NCBI GenBank assembly: GCA_963772835.1
Contig: CAVYYZ010000002.1
Coordinates: forward strand, 192,001 to 256,000
Reading direction: 5' to 3'
DNA length: 64,000 nt
Source of the DNA: an uncultured delta proteobacterium
Lineage (GTDB): Bacteria > Desulfobacterota > Desulfuromonadia > Geobacterales > Pseudopelobacteraceae
Shown here: piece by piece, positions 10,124 through 19,521 of the stretch
Numbering within the stretch: the first letter of the stretch is position 1
How the letters are laid out: every line of letters starts with the position of its first letter
Translations under genes and position numbers: made by a program
The notes under the pieces: model-generated
Seen by the model: the letters and a program-made list of their open reading frames with translations, nothing else
Database searches by the model: none
Told to the model about the DNA's origin: nothing

Positions 10124-11056
10124 TCAGCCCCTTTGCTCTGCGTTACTCAATGGTTTAGCTCCGGCCGCCAATCGGACATTGAGAAATACCGACAGCAGCA
10201 CGACTGCCATGCCAAACGCCTGCAGCGGGGCGATCCGTTCCTTCAGCACTGCGGCTACGCAAACCAATGAAAAAATCGGCACTAACAGAGCACAATTGGA
10301 GGAGCGGCCAATCGGGATCATCCGCAGCGCCTTGTTCCAGAATATAAAGGCTACCGCTGTCGGGAACACACCCAGATAGGCCACCAGCAGCATGTCCAGA
10401 GCGGAAATAGACCACTGCATCGGGTAGAACGGCAACAGACAGAGCAGGAACAACAGCCCGGACAGATTCAACAGGAACATACCGGCCGTAACGGTAAAGC
10501 TGGCATGCTTGATCAGAACGCAAAACAGGGCAAAACTGAATGCCGTGCCGAGCGCCAGTGCCGCGCCGGTTGAAATCGGGAGGTCACCCAATCCGGCTCC
10601 TGTGGAAACCAGAATACACACCCCGGCAAACCCCAAAACTACGCAGCTTATCGCCCTCCATTCAACTTTTTCACGAAAAAACAGCCACGAAAGCGGCAGC
10701 ATCATGAGCGGATACGTATAGTGGAGAATTATCGCCTGACTGGCCGGAATATATTCGTATGTTTTCAGACAGAGAAACTGCTGAACACCCAGACCGATAA
10801 TCCCTGCTATCGGGAAAAACAGAGGGCGCTGACGGAATTCAGCAATAATAACCGGAATGCGCCGTTCGCACACCAGGATAGAGAACAGCGCCAGTGTGGC
10901 CCAGAGGGCGATCCAGACCACGACGGAATAACTGTTCATGCGGGTAACGGCACTCTTAAAACCCGTGCCGAGCGTGGCAAACATGGCCACCGCCAGCAAG
11001 GCATAGAATGTACCTTTGAATGTTTCAGTTTCAGCCCTGGCGGCTGTTACTAGCAT
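10124..11056 (-). CDS. DMT/EamA family transporter
   Basis: Two EamA-like hydrophobic repeats; ATG 11056 overlaps the stop of the upstream small gene. Confidence 0.82.
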   Translation of the reverse strand: MLVTAARAETETFKGTFYALLAVAMFATLGTGFKSAVTRMNSYSVVVWIALWATLALFSILVCERRIPVIIAEFRQRPLFFPIAGIIGLGVQQFLCLKTYEYIPASQAIILHYTYPLMMLPLSWLFFREKVEWRAISCVVLGFAGVCILVSTGAGLGDLPISTGAALALGTAFSFALFCVLIKHASFTVTAGMFLLNLSGLLFLLCLLPFYPMQWSISALDMLLVAYLGVFPTAVAFIFWNKALRMIPIGRSSNCALLVPIFSLVCVAAVLKERIAPLQAFGMAVVLLSVFLNVRLAAGAKPLSNAEQRG

Positions 11057-11313
11057 GCAGCAAGTCTGATGACAGGTCTCAGCAGGGTATTGCTGCAGGA
11101 GCGTGGCTTTCCAAGGACCCATTCGGCCTTTCGCAAGGCCTCAGCCACAACGCCCTGACGAGCTGCAATTTCGTAACTGCCGCCTGCTGAGATCAGATAA
11201 TCCCGACCGTCTCCACATGTCAACCAGAGGGTCCCGCTTGTACAACGAAGGACAACGCCATCCGGACCACCGTCCAACCGTATCAATTCCCCCAATGCAA
11301 GACAACATTCCAT
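11050..11313 (-). CDS. DUF2917-like small protein
   Basis: LRCTSGTLWLTCGDGRDYLISAG pattern; GGGGAG RBS before ATG 11313; divergent from the MocR regulator. Confidence 0.72.
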   Translation of the reverse strand: MECCLALGELIRLDGGPDGVVLRCTSGTLWLTCGDGRDYLISAGGSYEIAARQGVVAEALRKAEWVLGKPRSCSNTLLRPVIRLAAC

Positions 11314-11482
11314 GGCACACTCCCCGCTTGTTTGTAATGATGGCACACTATACCCCCCTCTGATAAAATAACAGATACAGAGAATCACTTTTGTAACCAT
11401 AACAGTTTCATGATATACAAATTGTACCCATACATAAGAGCACTAATTGTACCTGCAAGATTCGTGAAGAGGGGAGTATGCT

Positions 11483-12937
11483 GTGGCAATGATACATGGA
11501 CAAAAAAATAGTTCCGGACACTCACTGCTGTATGAGCAGGTGGCAGGAGAAATCGCCGGTCTGGTTGACCAGGGGACCTTCAGACCCGGAGACCGGCTCC
11601 CCTCCATCAGGCAGCTCAGCAGCCGGTTTGATGTGAGTATTAACACCGTCATGCAGGCTTATGCACTGTTGGAGGACAAGCGCTTGATTCAGGCCCGGCC
11701 GCAGTCCGGATACTATGTCCGCAGCCGGGTCCCGGAGATACGTGAGCCGGATCTTCAGTCCAGATCCTTTATTGCTCCGACAACCGTTACAATCAGTGAC
11801 CTCTGTCAACAGGTCATGCGCAACATGATGAACCGTGACCTGCTGCCGTTAGGAAGCGCCATTCCGAGCGCACAGAATCTACCGATCGACAAACTCAACC
11901 GTATTATGGCAAGTGAACTGCGACGGTGCGGAGAGCAGAGCGTCCTCTATCAGATGCCACCCGGGTATGAACGCCTGCGTGTTCAAATTGCCCGCCGGGC
12001 TCTTGTTGCCGGAATCAGCAGTGGACCCGACGACATTCTGGTGACATCCGGCTGCGTTGAAGCCGTTTTACTCGCATTGCGCGCCACCTGCCGCGCAGGA
12101 GATACGATAGCGGTCGAGTCCCCCTTTTACTTCAATTTCATGCAGATGATCGCCGAACTCGGGCTGAAGGCTCTGGAAATTCCTGCGACACCCCGCGACG
12201 GCATCAGTATCGAGGCACTCCGTTATGCCATCGAGCATGAAAAGATCAGCGCCTGCCTGGTCATTACCAATTTCAGCAACCCTCTGGGGAGTCTGATGCC
12301 GGATGATCGGAAACGCGAACTGGTGGAACTTCTGGCCCGTCACGAAATCCCTCTGATCGAGGATGATATATACGGTGACCTGACTTTCGGGAACGAGCGG
12401 CCCACTGCCGCAAAATCATTTGACCGTTCGGATCTTGTGATATACTGCTCATCATTTTCAAAAACAATTGCCCCCGGTTATCGTGTCGGATGGGCGATTG
12501 CCGGTCGCTACCAGGCGGAGATGGAACGGATCAAGATGATCATGAATGTCGCCCCCGCCTCCCCTACACAGATAGCACTGGCCGGTTTTCTGGCAACCGG
12601 AGGCTATGATCACCACCTGAGAAATATCCGGAGGGTCCACGCCCGAAACATTTCTCAAATGGGTGAAGCGGTAGTCCGCTACTTCCCTGCCGGCACTCGA
12701 ATGACTCACCCTGCCGGAGGATTTATACTCTGGATAGAAATGCCGGAGGGAACCGACGCCATCCAACTGTATCACCGTGCCTTGAAGCAGGGGATCAGTA
12801 TCGTGCCCGGCCCGCTCTTTTCACTCTCAAATAAATACGGTAACCATATCCGGCTTTCTGCGGCGCAGTGGGACGGACGAATTGAGCAGGGAATCAAGAC
12901 ACTGGGGGCATTGGCTCATGAACTGCTGCCGGGCTGA
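11483..12937 (+). CDS. MocR-type regulator (GntR wHTH plus PLP aminotransferase-like domain)
   Basis: LPSIRQLS...SINTV wHTH; IEDDIYG; SSFSKTIAPGYRVGW PLP-lysine motif. Confidence 0.92.
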   Translation: MAMIHGQKNSSGHSLLYEQVAGEIAGLVDQGTFRPGDRLPSIRQLSSRFDVSINTVMQAYALLEDKRLIQARPQSGYYVRSRVPEIREPDLQSRSFIAPTTVTISDLCQQVMRNMMNRDLLPLGSAIPSAQNLPIDKLNRIMASELRRCGEQSVLYQMPPGYERLRVQIARRALVAGISSGPDDILVTSGCVEAVLLALRATCRAGDTIAVESPFYFNFMQMIAELGLKALEIPATPRDGISIEALRYAIEHEKISACLVITNFSNPLGSLMPDDRKRELVELLARHEIPLIEDDIYGDLTFGNERPTAAKSFDRSDLVIYCSSFSKTIAPGYRVGWAIAGRYQAEMERIKMIMNVAPASPTQIALAGFLATGGYDHHLRNIRRVHARNISQMGEAVVRYFPAGTRMTHPAGGFILWIEMPEGTDAIQLYHRALKQGISIVPGPLFSLSNKYGNHIRLSAAQWDGRIEQGIKTLGALAHELLPG

Positions 12938-12960
12938 GCTTACAAGGTTTTCGGGACACA

Positions 12961-13680
12961 ATGTCAGACCCCTTTGAAATAAAAGACAGCAGTGTAGTGC
13001 GGACCGCACTTAAAGCGGCGTGGCCGATCTGTCTCGGTTATTTTCCAATCGGCCTTTCGCTGGGGGTTCTGGCTCAAAAGAGCGGCCTGGCCCCCTGGCA
13101 GATGGCAACCATGTCGCTGTTGGTCTTTGCAGGAGGCTCCCAGTTCATCGCCGTGGCAATGCTGGGTGCAGCGGCATCACCGCTTGCGATCGTTTCCACA
13201 GTGTTTATGGTCAACTTGCGCCACCTGCTGATGAGTTCCGCTCTGGCCGTATATTTTCCCGGCGTTTCCCGCCGCTTTCTGGCACTTTTCGCATATGGTA
13301 TTACCGATGAAAGCTTCGCCGTCAACCTGAACCGCTTCAGCAGTGGCGGCTGGGACCCCCGCAGTGCCTTGATCCTCAATCATGCAGCCAACACAACCTG
13401 GGTCGTCAGCAGCGTGATCGGAGTCTATCTGGGCCAACTGGTTCCACCCGGAACGGCGGGAGTCGACTATGCTCTGACCGGAATGTTCATCTGCCTGCTC
13501 GTCTTCCAGCTGCGCAGCCCGATCTTCACCGTTACCGCCCTGATAGCTGCTGCCTGCTCCCTGGCGGCCTATCTCTGGCTGCCTGGCTACGCCTATGTGA
13601 TCATAGCATCCTGCCTTGCGGCCACTGCCGGGCTGTTTTTGAAGCGTATCATGCGGAAACGGGAGGAGTTCCATGAATAA
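12961..13680 (+). CDS. azlC: AzlC family amino acid exporter permease
   Basis: FAGGSQF, VNLRHLL and ITDESFA motifs. Confidence 0.88.
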   Translation: MSDPFEIKDSSVVRTALKAAWPICLGYFPIGLSLGVLAQKSGLAPWQMATMSLLVFAGGSQFIAVAMLGAAASPLAIVSTVFMVNLRHLLMSSALAVYFPGVSRRFLALFAYGITDESFAVNLNRFSSGGWDPRSALILNHAANTTWVVSSVIGVYLGQLVPPGTAGVDYALTGMFICLLVFQLRSPIFTVTALIAAACSLAAYLWLPGYAYVIIASCLAATAGLFLKRIMRKREEFHE

Positions 13681-13996
13681 TCGGGACTTTCTGCTGTTGA
13701 TGCTGGCGATGGGGGGGGTGACCTACCTGCCCCGCCTGCTCCCGTTGGTAATGCTTTCCCGCCGCACACTGCCGGGATGGTTTGCCGAATGGCTGGAACT
13801 GATCCCGGCTGCAATCCTGAGCGCCCTGATCGCACCAACCCTTTTTGCGCACTCGGACCCAAGGATTTTTACTCTCGGCAAAGCAGAGTTACTAGCGGCC
13901 ATTCCTACCTTGCTGTGCGCCCTCAGAATCCGCTCTCTGGCCGTGACAGTAGTGGTAGGTATGCTCTGTTACTGGGGCCTGAAGCAGGTGATGTAA
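13673..13996 (+). CDS. azlD: AzlD family membrane protein
   Basis: VTYLPRLLP and IPAAILSALI motifs; overlaps azlC. Confidence 0.85.
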   Translation: MNNRDFLLLMLAMGGVTYLPRLLPLVMLSRRTLPGWFAEWLELIPAAILSALIAPTLFAHSDPRIFTLGKAELLAAIPTLLCALRIRSLAVTVVVGMLCYWGLKQVM

Positions 13997-14043
13997 TTGT
14001 AAGAGTCAGAATCCAGGCGTACCGGCGGTAGAATCCGTTATAT

Positions 14044-14078
14044 AAAAAACAGGCCGTTCCAAAAAGGAAACGGCCTGT
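14044..14078. terminator. Terminator between azlD and the convergent Met-rich operon
   Basis: ACAGGCCGTTCC...GGAAACGGCCTGT stem with U-tract on the minus strand. Confidence 0.7.
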
Positions 14079-14110
14079 ATACTGTGTTCGATTAAAAAAG
14101 ACAGGTGGGA

Positions 14111-14989
14111 TTACATCATACCACCGCCCGTGATTGCGGGGACTGTCCCGGTCCCGCTGAAAACCGTACTCCCCATCATCCCCCCCCGAAATGCAGCAGA
14201 CATGTTGCGAAACGGCTGCCCGGTGCCTGTCATCGGCATACCGGACAAGGTGGTTGTCATCGTTCCCATCAGATTTGTCATGGCAGTCTGGGCGCCCGGA
14301 CTCGAACCGCTGATCGAGGACATGTTGCTGAAGATCGTTCCCATCATGTAGCGGTAACGATTAACATCCAGAGTGGTGATCGAACCGTTCGTATTGAGGA
14401 CCTGAGCCATCTGGCTCCCCATCAGCCCGGCAATATTCTGGGCTGTAGTGTGCATGAGCGTGTTGTTGGTCGTCATGTAATCGGCCAGCATGTTCGTCCC
14501 AGACGCCATGCCAAGCTTCGCCGCCAGATCGTTCATCGCCTGCTGAATAGTGGTGTATTTACCGGTTTCCATCATCTCGCGCAGTTGCGTCGACATGGGG
14601 CTGATGAAGTTGCTGCTGACCGTGCCGGTGATGGATGTGGCAGGCATGCTGAGAATGTAGCTGTTCTGTACGGCTGTTCCGGTGTCCTTGTCAATGGTTA
14701 CCCCTTTGGTTGCCATGGCCACGATTGGATATTTGCCCACATCGGCGGGATCAACGGTAAGAGTATAGGCTCCGTCCTTGTCGCTGATGGCGGACGGCTC
14801 GCCCGCATCCAGCTGATAATTGCCGTTTTTGTCAAGAAATACTGTCGCATGGACCAGATACCCGTCAGCAACTTTTCCGGAAACCGAGGATGTCGAACTG
14901 CCTGGAGATGTTGTCGAACCGCTTGTGCCGCAACCGGCTATAATGCCTGCAGAAAAAATCGTAAGTAGTGCAAAAATCTTCGTTTTCAT
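14111..14989 (-). CDS. Met-rich lipoprotein of unknown function
   Basis: Lipobox IAG-C; GKVADGYL..ATVFLDKNGNYQLDAGEP surface-protein-like module; about 25 Met; ends GGGMM. Confidence 0.75.
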   Translation of the reverse strand: MKTKIFALLTIFSAGIIAGCGTSGSTTSPGSSTSSVSGKVADGYLVHATVFLDKNGNYQLDAGEPSAISDKDGAYTLTVDPADVGKYPIVAMATKGVTIDKDTGTAVQNSYILSMPATSITGTVSSNFISPMSTQLREMMETGKYTTIQQAMNDLAAKLGMASGTNMLADYMTTNNTLMHTTAQNIAGLMGSQMAQVLNTNGSITTLDVNRYRYMMGTIFSNMSSISGSSPGAQTAMTNLMGTMTTTLSGMPMTGTGQPFRNMSAAFRGGMMGSTVFSGTGTVPAITGGGMM

Positions 14990-15016
14990 GATAATTCTCC
15001 TTTTTGTGCTGATTCG

Positions 15017-15877
15017 TTAAAAATCGTAATACACCGCTAATCCGGATCCAAAATCGGGGCTGCCGGTGGTAATCCCCCGGGCAATGTAACCTTCGATACC
15101 GGTGTTATTCGTTGCCTGATATTTCAGCTTCAGCCGGACTTCCAGCAGATCGCTTACCCCGTCGGCTGTCGAAGTGCTCCCCTTGACGAGAAGCATGGGA
15201 CGGAAACGTTCGGTAACCTGATACCCCGCACCTGCGTTATAGTTCATATAGTTTTTGAGGGAAAGGTCCGGGCTCTTTCCCTGTACTGTGTAGCCCGCTT
15301 CGACAAACGGGTTCCAGTTGCCGAGCCACTTTGAAATCTCTACGGCAAACCCTTCATCAAATTCCCCGGTTCCCAGCGACTTGTTCTTATCTGCAGTTGG
15401 AAATTTGATAAAAACCGTGGGACGGATTTGCGGCATTGACTCTTTCTCGGGTACCAGCACATAACCAAGCCTGAACGTTATGTCACCAAGTCCGCTTTCC
15501 GACTGATTAGAAGCTGCCGAAGAGGAAGACATTCCGGATCCGGACATATTGCCTGTTCCACCGGTCGGCAGCATCGTTGTTTTGGTGGTCGGCATGCCTC
15601 CGCGGGCAACACTGGAAACGACATTGCCGTTACTCTGGTACACATAAGGGATTTCAAGCGACAAACCAAGGCGATCGACAGGGGTTATCATAATGGAAAA
15701 AGGAGCATAAATAGCGTCTGTCCGGGTATTCGTGCCATATTTTCCGCTACTGAATTCAAAACCCTGGCCGATAGAAAACGGGTATTCTGTCGCTTGAACG
15801 ACAGGGGGCAATACAATCACCGTCAACAAAACCAGTAAACTTCCTGCTGTTATCCGTCCACATGTATTCACGTTCAT
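15017..15877 (-). CDS. Putative outer-membrane beta-barrel (MetA-pathway 'transporter'-like family)
   Basis: Signal peptide; SGLGDI and KFPTADKNKSLGTGEFD motifs; amphipathic strands; terminal YYDF; Met/Gly/Ser-rich loop. Confidence 0.7.
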   Translation of the reverse strand: MNVNTCGRITAGSLLVLLTVIVLPPVVQATEYPFSIGQGFEFSSGKYGTNTRTDAIYAPFSIMITPVDRLGLSLEIPYVYQSNGNVVSSVARGGMPTTKTTMLPTGGTGNMSGSGMSSSSAASNQSESGLGDITFRLGYVLVPEKESMPQIRPTVFIKFPTADKNKSLGTGEFDEGFAVEISKWLGNWNPFVEAGYTVQGKSPDLSLKNYMNYNAGAGYQVTERFRPMLLVKGSTSTADGVSDLLEVRLKLKYQATNNTGIEGYIARGITTGSPDFGSGLAVYYDF

Positions 15878-15908
15878 ATCTCCTGTGTGATGCCGCGCAA
15901 TCTGTTCC

Positions 15909-16445
15909 TCAGCGCCGCATCATGCCTCCTCCGCTCCTCATCATACCGCCACCCTGACTTCTCATGCTGCCACCTGGCCGCTCCGACCGCATGCTGTTCG
16001 TCTCCCTCCCGGACCAGGCGGGCTCACCCATGTCACTACGCATTTCCACCTGGGCACCGGTGGTCCGGTTTTCCAGTTTCTGTGTCAAAATGTACGATTT
16101 CCCGTCTTTACCCTGAGCCTTGGACCCCTTGACCGAAAGTTCATCATTCATGTTGATGGCAATCCCGTTCTTTTCCCAGTACGACCCGGGACCGACACAG
16201 ATGTTCAGGATTTCATTGCCGCTCTTTATTTCTACAATGACGTTTTCCTGTTCTCCAAAGTGCGGCAGAGTTACTACCCGGCCTGATTTTGTACTCACCG
16301 TGTTCACGTCATAACCCCCGGTGAAATCCAGGCCGCTTTTCCCCCTGTCGTCGGTGCCGAAAAAGCCTGCAGACGCCGAACTGAGCAGATAACAGTTCAA
16401 GAGGATTACGCCCATACAGATTAAAGAAAAACGGCGAGGTGTCAT
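15909..16445 (-). CDS. Exported OB-fold-like protein with GGGMMR tail
   Basis: Signal peptide; YDxNTV..G.V, VGP..YW, V.GS and R...G.P.W pattern; GGGMMR repeated twice. Confidence 0.65.
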   Translation of the reverse strand: MTPRRFSLICMGVILLNCYLLSSASAGFFGTDDRGKSGLDFTGGYDVNTVSTKSGRVVTLPHFGEQENVIVEIKSGNEILNICVGPGSYWEKNGIAINMNDELSVKGSKAQGKDGKSYILTQKLENRTTGAQVEMRSDMGEPAWSGRETNSMRSERPGGSMRSQGGGMMRSGGGMMRR

Positions 16446-16463
16446 GTAAACAACTCCTTACGT

Positions 16464-16748
16464 TCATTGTTTCGTTGTTGTCGTCGGCACTGTCACATCA
16501 GGTGTCATCTGCTGCATGGTTGTCCCCGTAGCAGACATTACGATGGTCTTGGCACCGTTACCGGTACCGTTCATACGGGCAGTGGAGGTCATAGAACCGG
16601 CCGGTGTCATCATTCTAGAACCTGAATTGATGGTCGTGGACCGGGCAGAGGACATTGATTGTCCCCCTTTTGTGCCCCCCATGGCAAATGCCTGGGTAAC
16701 AAGGGTTAGAGCGGCGATTACTGCTGCGGCAGTGATTTTTTTCATCAT
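16464..16748 (-). CDS. Small secreted Met/Thr-rich low-complexity protein
   Basis: AGGAGG RBS; AFA signal cleavage site; mature part rich in M/T/S/G. Confidence 0.7.
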   Translation of the reverse strand: MMKKITAAAVIAALTLVTQAFAMGGTKGGQSMSSARSTTINSGSRMMTPAGSMTSTARMNGTGNGAKTIVMSATGTTMQQMTPDVTVPTTTTKQ

Positions 16749-16788
16749 GTAATACCTCCTTGGGGTTGTTGTTTCTGCACGGAGATAA

Positions 16789-16914
16789 TCCACATACTGT
16801 GCCAATAAGAAACTCAGCATAACACACTGATATTACGTGTTTAATATTCATGAGCTTCCGTAATTCCGTCACTTTATGTGCAATTAATTGCACGTCATGA
16901 GAAGCATATTGCAC
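16789..16914 (-). promoter_or_regulatory. Putative sigma54 promoter with IHF-like site and tandem activator sites
   Basis: TTGGCACAGTATGTGGA (16789-16805; -12 GG variant); TATCAGTGTGTTA (16820-16832); GTGCAATTAATTGCAC (16878-16893) plus partial copy (16899-16914). Confidence 0.6.
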
Positions 16915-16915
16915 C

Positions 16916-18268
16916 TCACTCCCTCTCATCCAGGAGATCGTACTCTTTCAATTTATACTGAAGGGACCGGCGCGATAAACCCAGCTCTTCAGCAGCAAGC
17001 CTCCTGTTGCCCTTCTGCCTGCCAAGGGCCTTGACAATCATCTCCCGCTCTACGAATTTCAGGGCATCTCTGCTGTCCTGCAATACCGGTTCCTGTTTAC
17101 ACAGCATGGCGTCCGGCAAATTAACGCACCGGATGGTACCCTGAGCCAGAATTACGGCCCGCTCCACGACATTTTGCAATTCCCGGACATTGCCCGGCCA
17201 GACATAACGCACCAATGTTGTCAATGCGTCTTTCTCGAACCCATTGAACTTCTTGCCGAACTGCACACTGAAGTGGCTGAGAAAATAATTCGCTAATAGT
17301 GGTATGGCATCGGCCCGCTCCATGAGCGGCGGCAGCAGTATGGGAAAAACATTCAGACGATAATAGAGATCTTCCCTGAATCTATGCCGGCCAACTTCTT
17401 CCTGGAGATTTCTGTTTGTTGCCGCAATGACCCGGACATCTGCCCGGATCTCTTTGTTGCCGCCTACCCTCTCAAATACCCGTTCCTGCAGTACTCGCAA
17501 CAATTTGGACTGCAGAGACAGGGGCATTTCACCTATTTCATCCAGAAAAATGGTACCACCTCTCGCCAGCTCAAACTTGCCCTGCCGTGCCTGAATGGCA
17601 CCGGTGAAGGCGCCTTTTTCATGGCCGAAGAGCTCGCTCTCCAGGAGATTTTCAGGTATGGCGGCACAATTAATGGCGATGAAGCCCGCCTTCCCTCTCG
17701 GGCTGAGAAGGTGAATTGTTCTGGCAATAAGTTCTTTACCGGTCCCGCTTTCACCTGACAGCAAAACATTTGCCGTTGTCTTGGCGACATCAAGAACCAA
17801 CTTGCGCACTCTTTGCATGCTCTGTCCGGCAAAGATCAGCTCGTCTGGCGGCAGACCTGATGACTCGGCCTCTTTCATGGAACGTAATGTTCTTGTCTGT
17901 TCCTGATAGTCTATTACCCGGCGGATCACAGCCAGCAGCTCTTCCGGACTTGAAAGCGGCTTGGTAAGAAAATCAACGGCACCTTCTTTCATCGCGGAAA
18001 CGGCTTCGTCAACGGTTCCAAAAGCGGTAAGAAAAATAAACGGGGGGGCACCGGGGTCCTGCCTGGTTTCCCGAAAGAGATCAAGTCCGCTTTTTCCCGG
18101 CATTTTCAGATCTGTGATGACCAGATCAAAATTCTCCGTGGCAAGCAGCTGCGCCCCTTCACGACCATTCCGGGCAATTCTGATCTCGTATGCCTCGTCT
18201 TCCAGTACTACCTGGACAAAGCTTCTAAACGTCTCATCGTCTTCTATCAGTAAAATGCGACCCTTCAT
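16916..18268 (-). CDS. Sigma54-dependent response regulator (NtrC/ZraR type)
   Basis: Receiver domain, GESGTGKE, GAFTGA, WPGNVREL, Fis-type HTH; start ATG 18268. Confidence 0.93.
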   Translation of the reverse strand: MKGRILLIEDDETFRSFVQVVLEDEAYEIRIARNGREGAQLLATENFDLVITDLKMPGKSGLDLFRETRQDPGAPPFIFLTAFGTVDEAVSAMKEGAVDFLTKPLSSPEELLAVIRRVIDYQEQTRTLRSMKEAESSGLPPDELIFAGQSMQRVRKLVLDVAKTTANVLLSGESGTGKELIARTIHLLSPRGKAGFIAINCAAIPENLLESELFGHEKGAFTGAIQARQGKFELARGGTIFLDEIGEMPLSLQSKLLRVLQERVFERVGGNKEIRADVRVIAATNRNLQEEVGRHRFREDLYYRLNVFPILLPPLMERADAIPLLANYFLSHFSVQFGKKFNGFEKDALTTLVRYVWPGNVRELQNVVERAVILAQGTIRCVNLPDAMLCKQEPVLQDSRDALKFVEREMIVKALGRQKGNRRLAAEELGLSRRSLQYKLKEYDLLDERE

Positions 18269-18270
18269 GG

Positions 18271-19509
18271 TCAACTCCTGCTCAGACTCTTCTGGTAAAG
18301 TGGGAAGGTCATGGAAACCGCGGTACCTGCACCGACAGCACTCTGTACGGAAATAGCACCTCCATGCTCTTCGACTATCTTTCTGCACAGGGCCAACCCC
18401 AGTCCTGTACCTCTCGCCCTGGTGGTAAAGAAGGGTTCAAACAGTCTGGACATTACTTCACGGCTGATTCCGTGACCATTATCACACACTCTGATTTCCG
18501 CCAGTTTATCGGCGATGTGTACGGTTATTGTCACGGTTCCACTCTCGGCTGTTGCCTGAATAGCGTTTTTCCCCAGGTTAAGCAGGACCTGCCCTAATCT
18601 GTCCCCATTTCCCGAAATAAAAATTCCTTCGGGGCATTCAGTGACGATTCTGATATGAAGCTGTTCCGCCTCAAGCTGAAGAAGGGCGGCCGTTTGGGCA
18701 ACTACCTCGCCAATATCTACTGATGTCATTACATTTCTGTCGCTTCTTGCGTAAGAGAGAAGATCGCTGACAAGCGCCTCCAATCGGAGGACCTCCGTGA
18801 CTATGCTCCGGGCATAGCCGCTATTCCGTTCATCCCGGGGTTTCTTCTCGATTATCTGAGCATACCCTTTGATGCCGGCGAGAGGGTTTCTTATTTCGTG
18901 GGCAAGCATGGCTCCCATCTCGCCCAGTTGCGCCAGACTTTCTCTCCGCGCCATTTCCAGGCGATGCTGCTCTTCCCTCCGGGTATACCGGTTGAGCGCA
19001 AGCGCCAACAGCCATCCAGCGACGAGAAGAGTGAAAAGAACGATTATATTCAACTGAGCCCGGCGGATAACGGTATCGGCCCGATATGTGTGGAGCATCA
19101 ACCGGAGGGCAACTGTTTCCCCGGGGAGAAACATCGGCGCATTGAACTCAAAAGCGCTCTCCCCTGTGCGTAGCAGTACCCTCTCAGTGGATATAATACC
19201 ATCCTTGAGCGTGGCAAGCGGAAGGGGGCCCTGAAGATGAGTGCCGATCAGATCAGGATTGGTATGAAAACGGTACGTCCCCTTTTGATCTATCAGGGCA
19301 AAAAAGGCTATGTCATGGGTCTGAAAGGTGTCAAGGCTTTGAAGAGAAGGGTCGTGGAGGGCAATATTTTCGATGGCGGAGGTCAGAGACAGGGCAAGCC
19401 CCCGCAGGTTTTCCTCTGCAATCGGACCGGCGCTCCGGTAATTACCTACAGAGAACCATACAAGAACAGCGGACAGGAAAATTCCGCCAAGCAGCAACGC
19501 CTTTCTCAT
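18271..19509 (-). CDS. Sensor histidine kinase (ZraS-like, periplasmic sensor)
   Basis: Two TM helices around a periplasmic domain; AHEIRNPL H-box; DNGHG and GTGLGL. Confidence 0.92.
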   Translation of the reverse strand: MRKALLLGGIFLSAVLVWFSVGNYRSAGPIAEENLRGLALSLTSAIENIALHDPSLQSLDTFQTHDIAFFALIDQKGTYRFHTNPDLIGTHLQGPLPLATLKDGIISTERVLLRTGESAFEFNAPMFLPGETVALRLMLHTYRADTVIRRAQLNIIVLFTLLVAGWLLALALNRYTRREEQHRLEMARRESLAQLGEMGAMLAHEIRNPLAGIKGYAQIIEKKPRDERNSGYARSIVTEVLRLEALVSDLLSYARSDRNVMTSVDIGEVVAQTAALLQLEAEQLHIRIVTECPEGIFISGNGDRLGQVLLNLGKNAIQATAESGTVTITVHIADKLAEIRVCDNGHGISREVMSRLFEPFFTTRARGTGLGLALCRKIVEEHGGAISVQSAVGAGTAVSMTFPLYQKSLSRS

Positions 19510-19521
19510 GAGTCTTCGAAG

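Noticed and set aside
14105..14968. Long plus-strand ORF (287 aa) and similar antisense ORFs (22653-23369, 27298-27957, 35229-35879, 46991-47557)
   Set aside because: They lie antisense to well-supported genes and have no recognisable motifs; they are best explained as shadow ORFs.
15909..16445. Magnetosome island suggested by the MamS/MamX-like protein
   Set aside because: No mamA, B, E, K, M, Q or other magnetosome genes are in the window.
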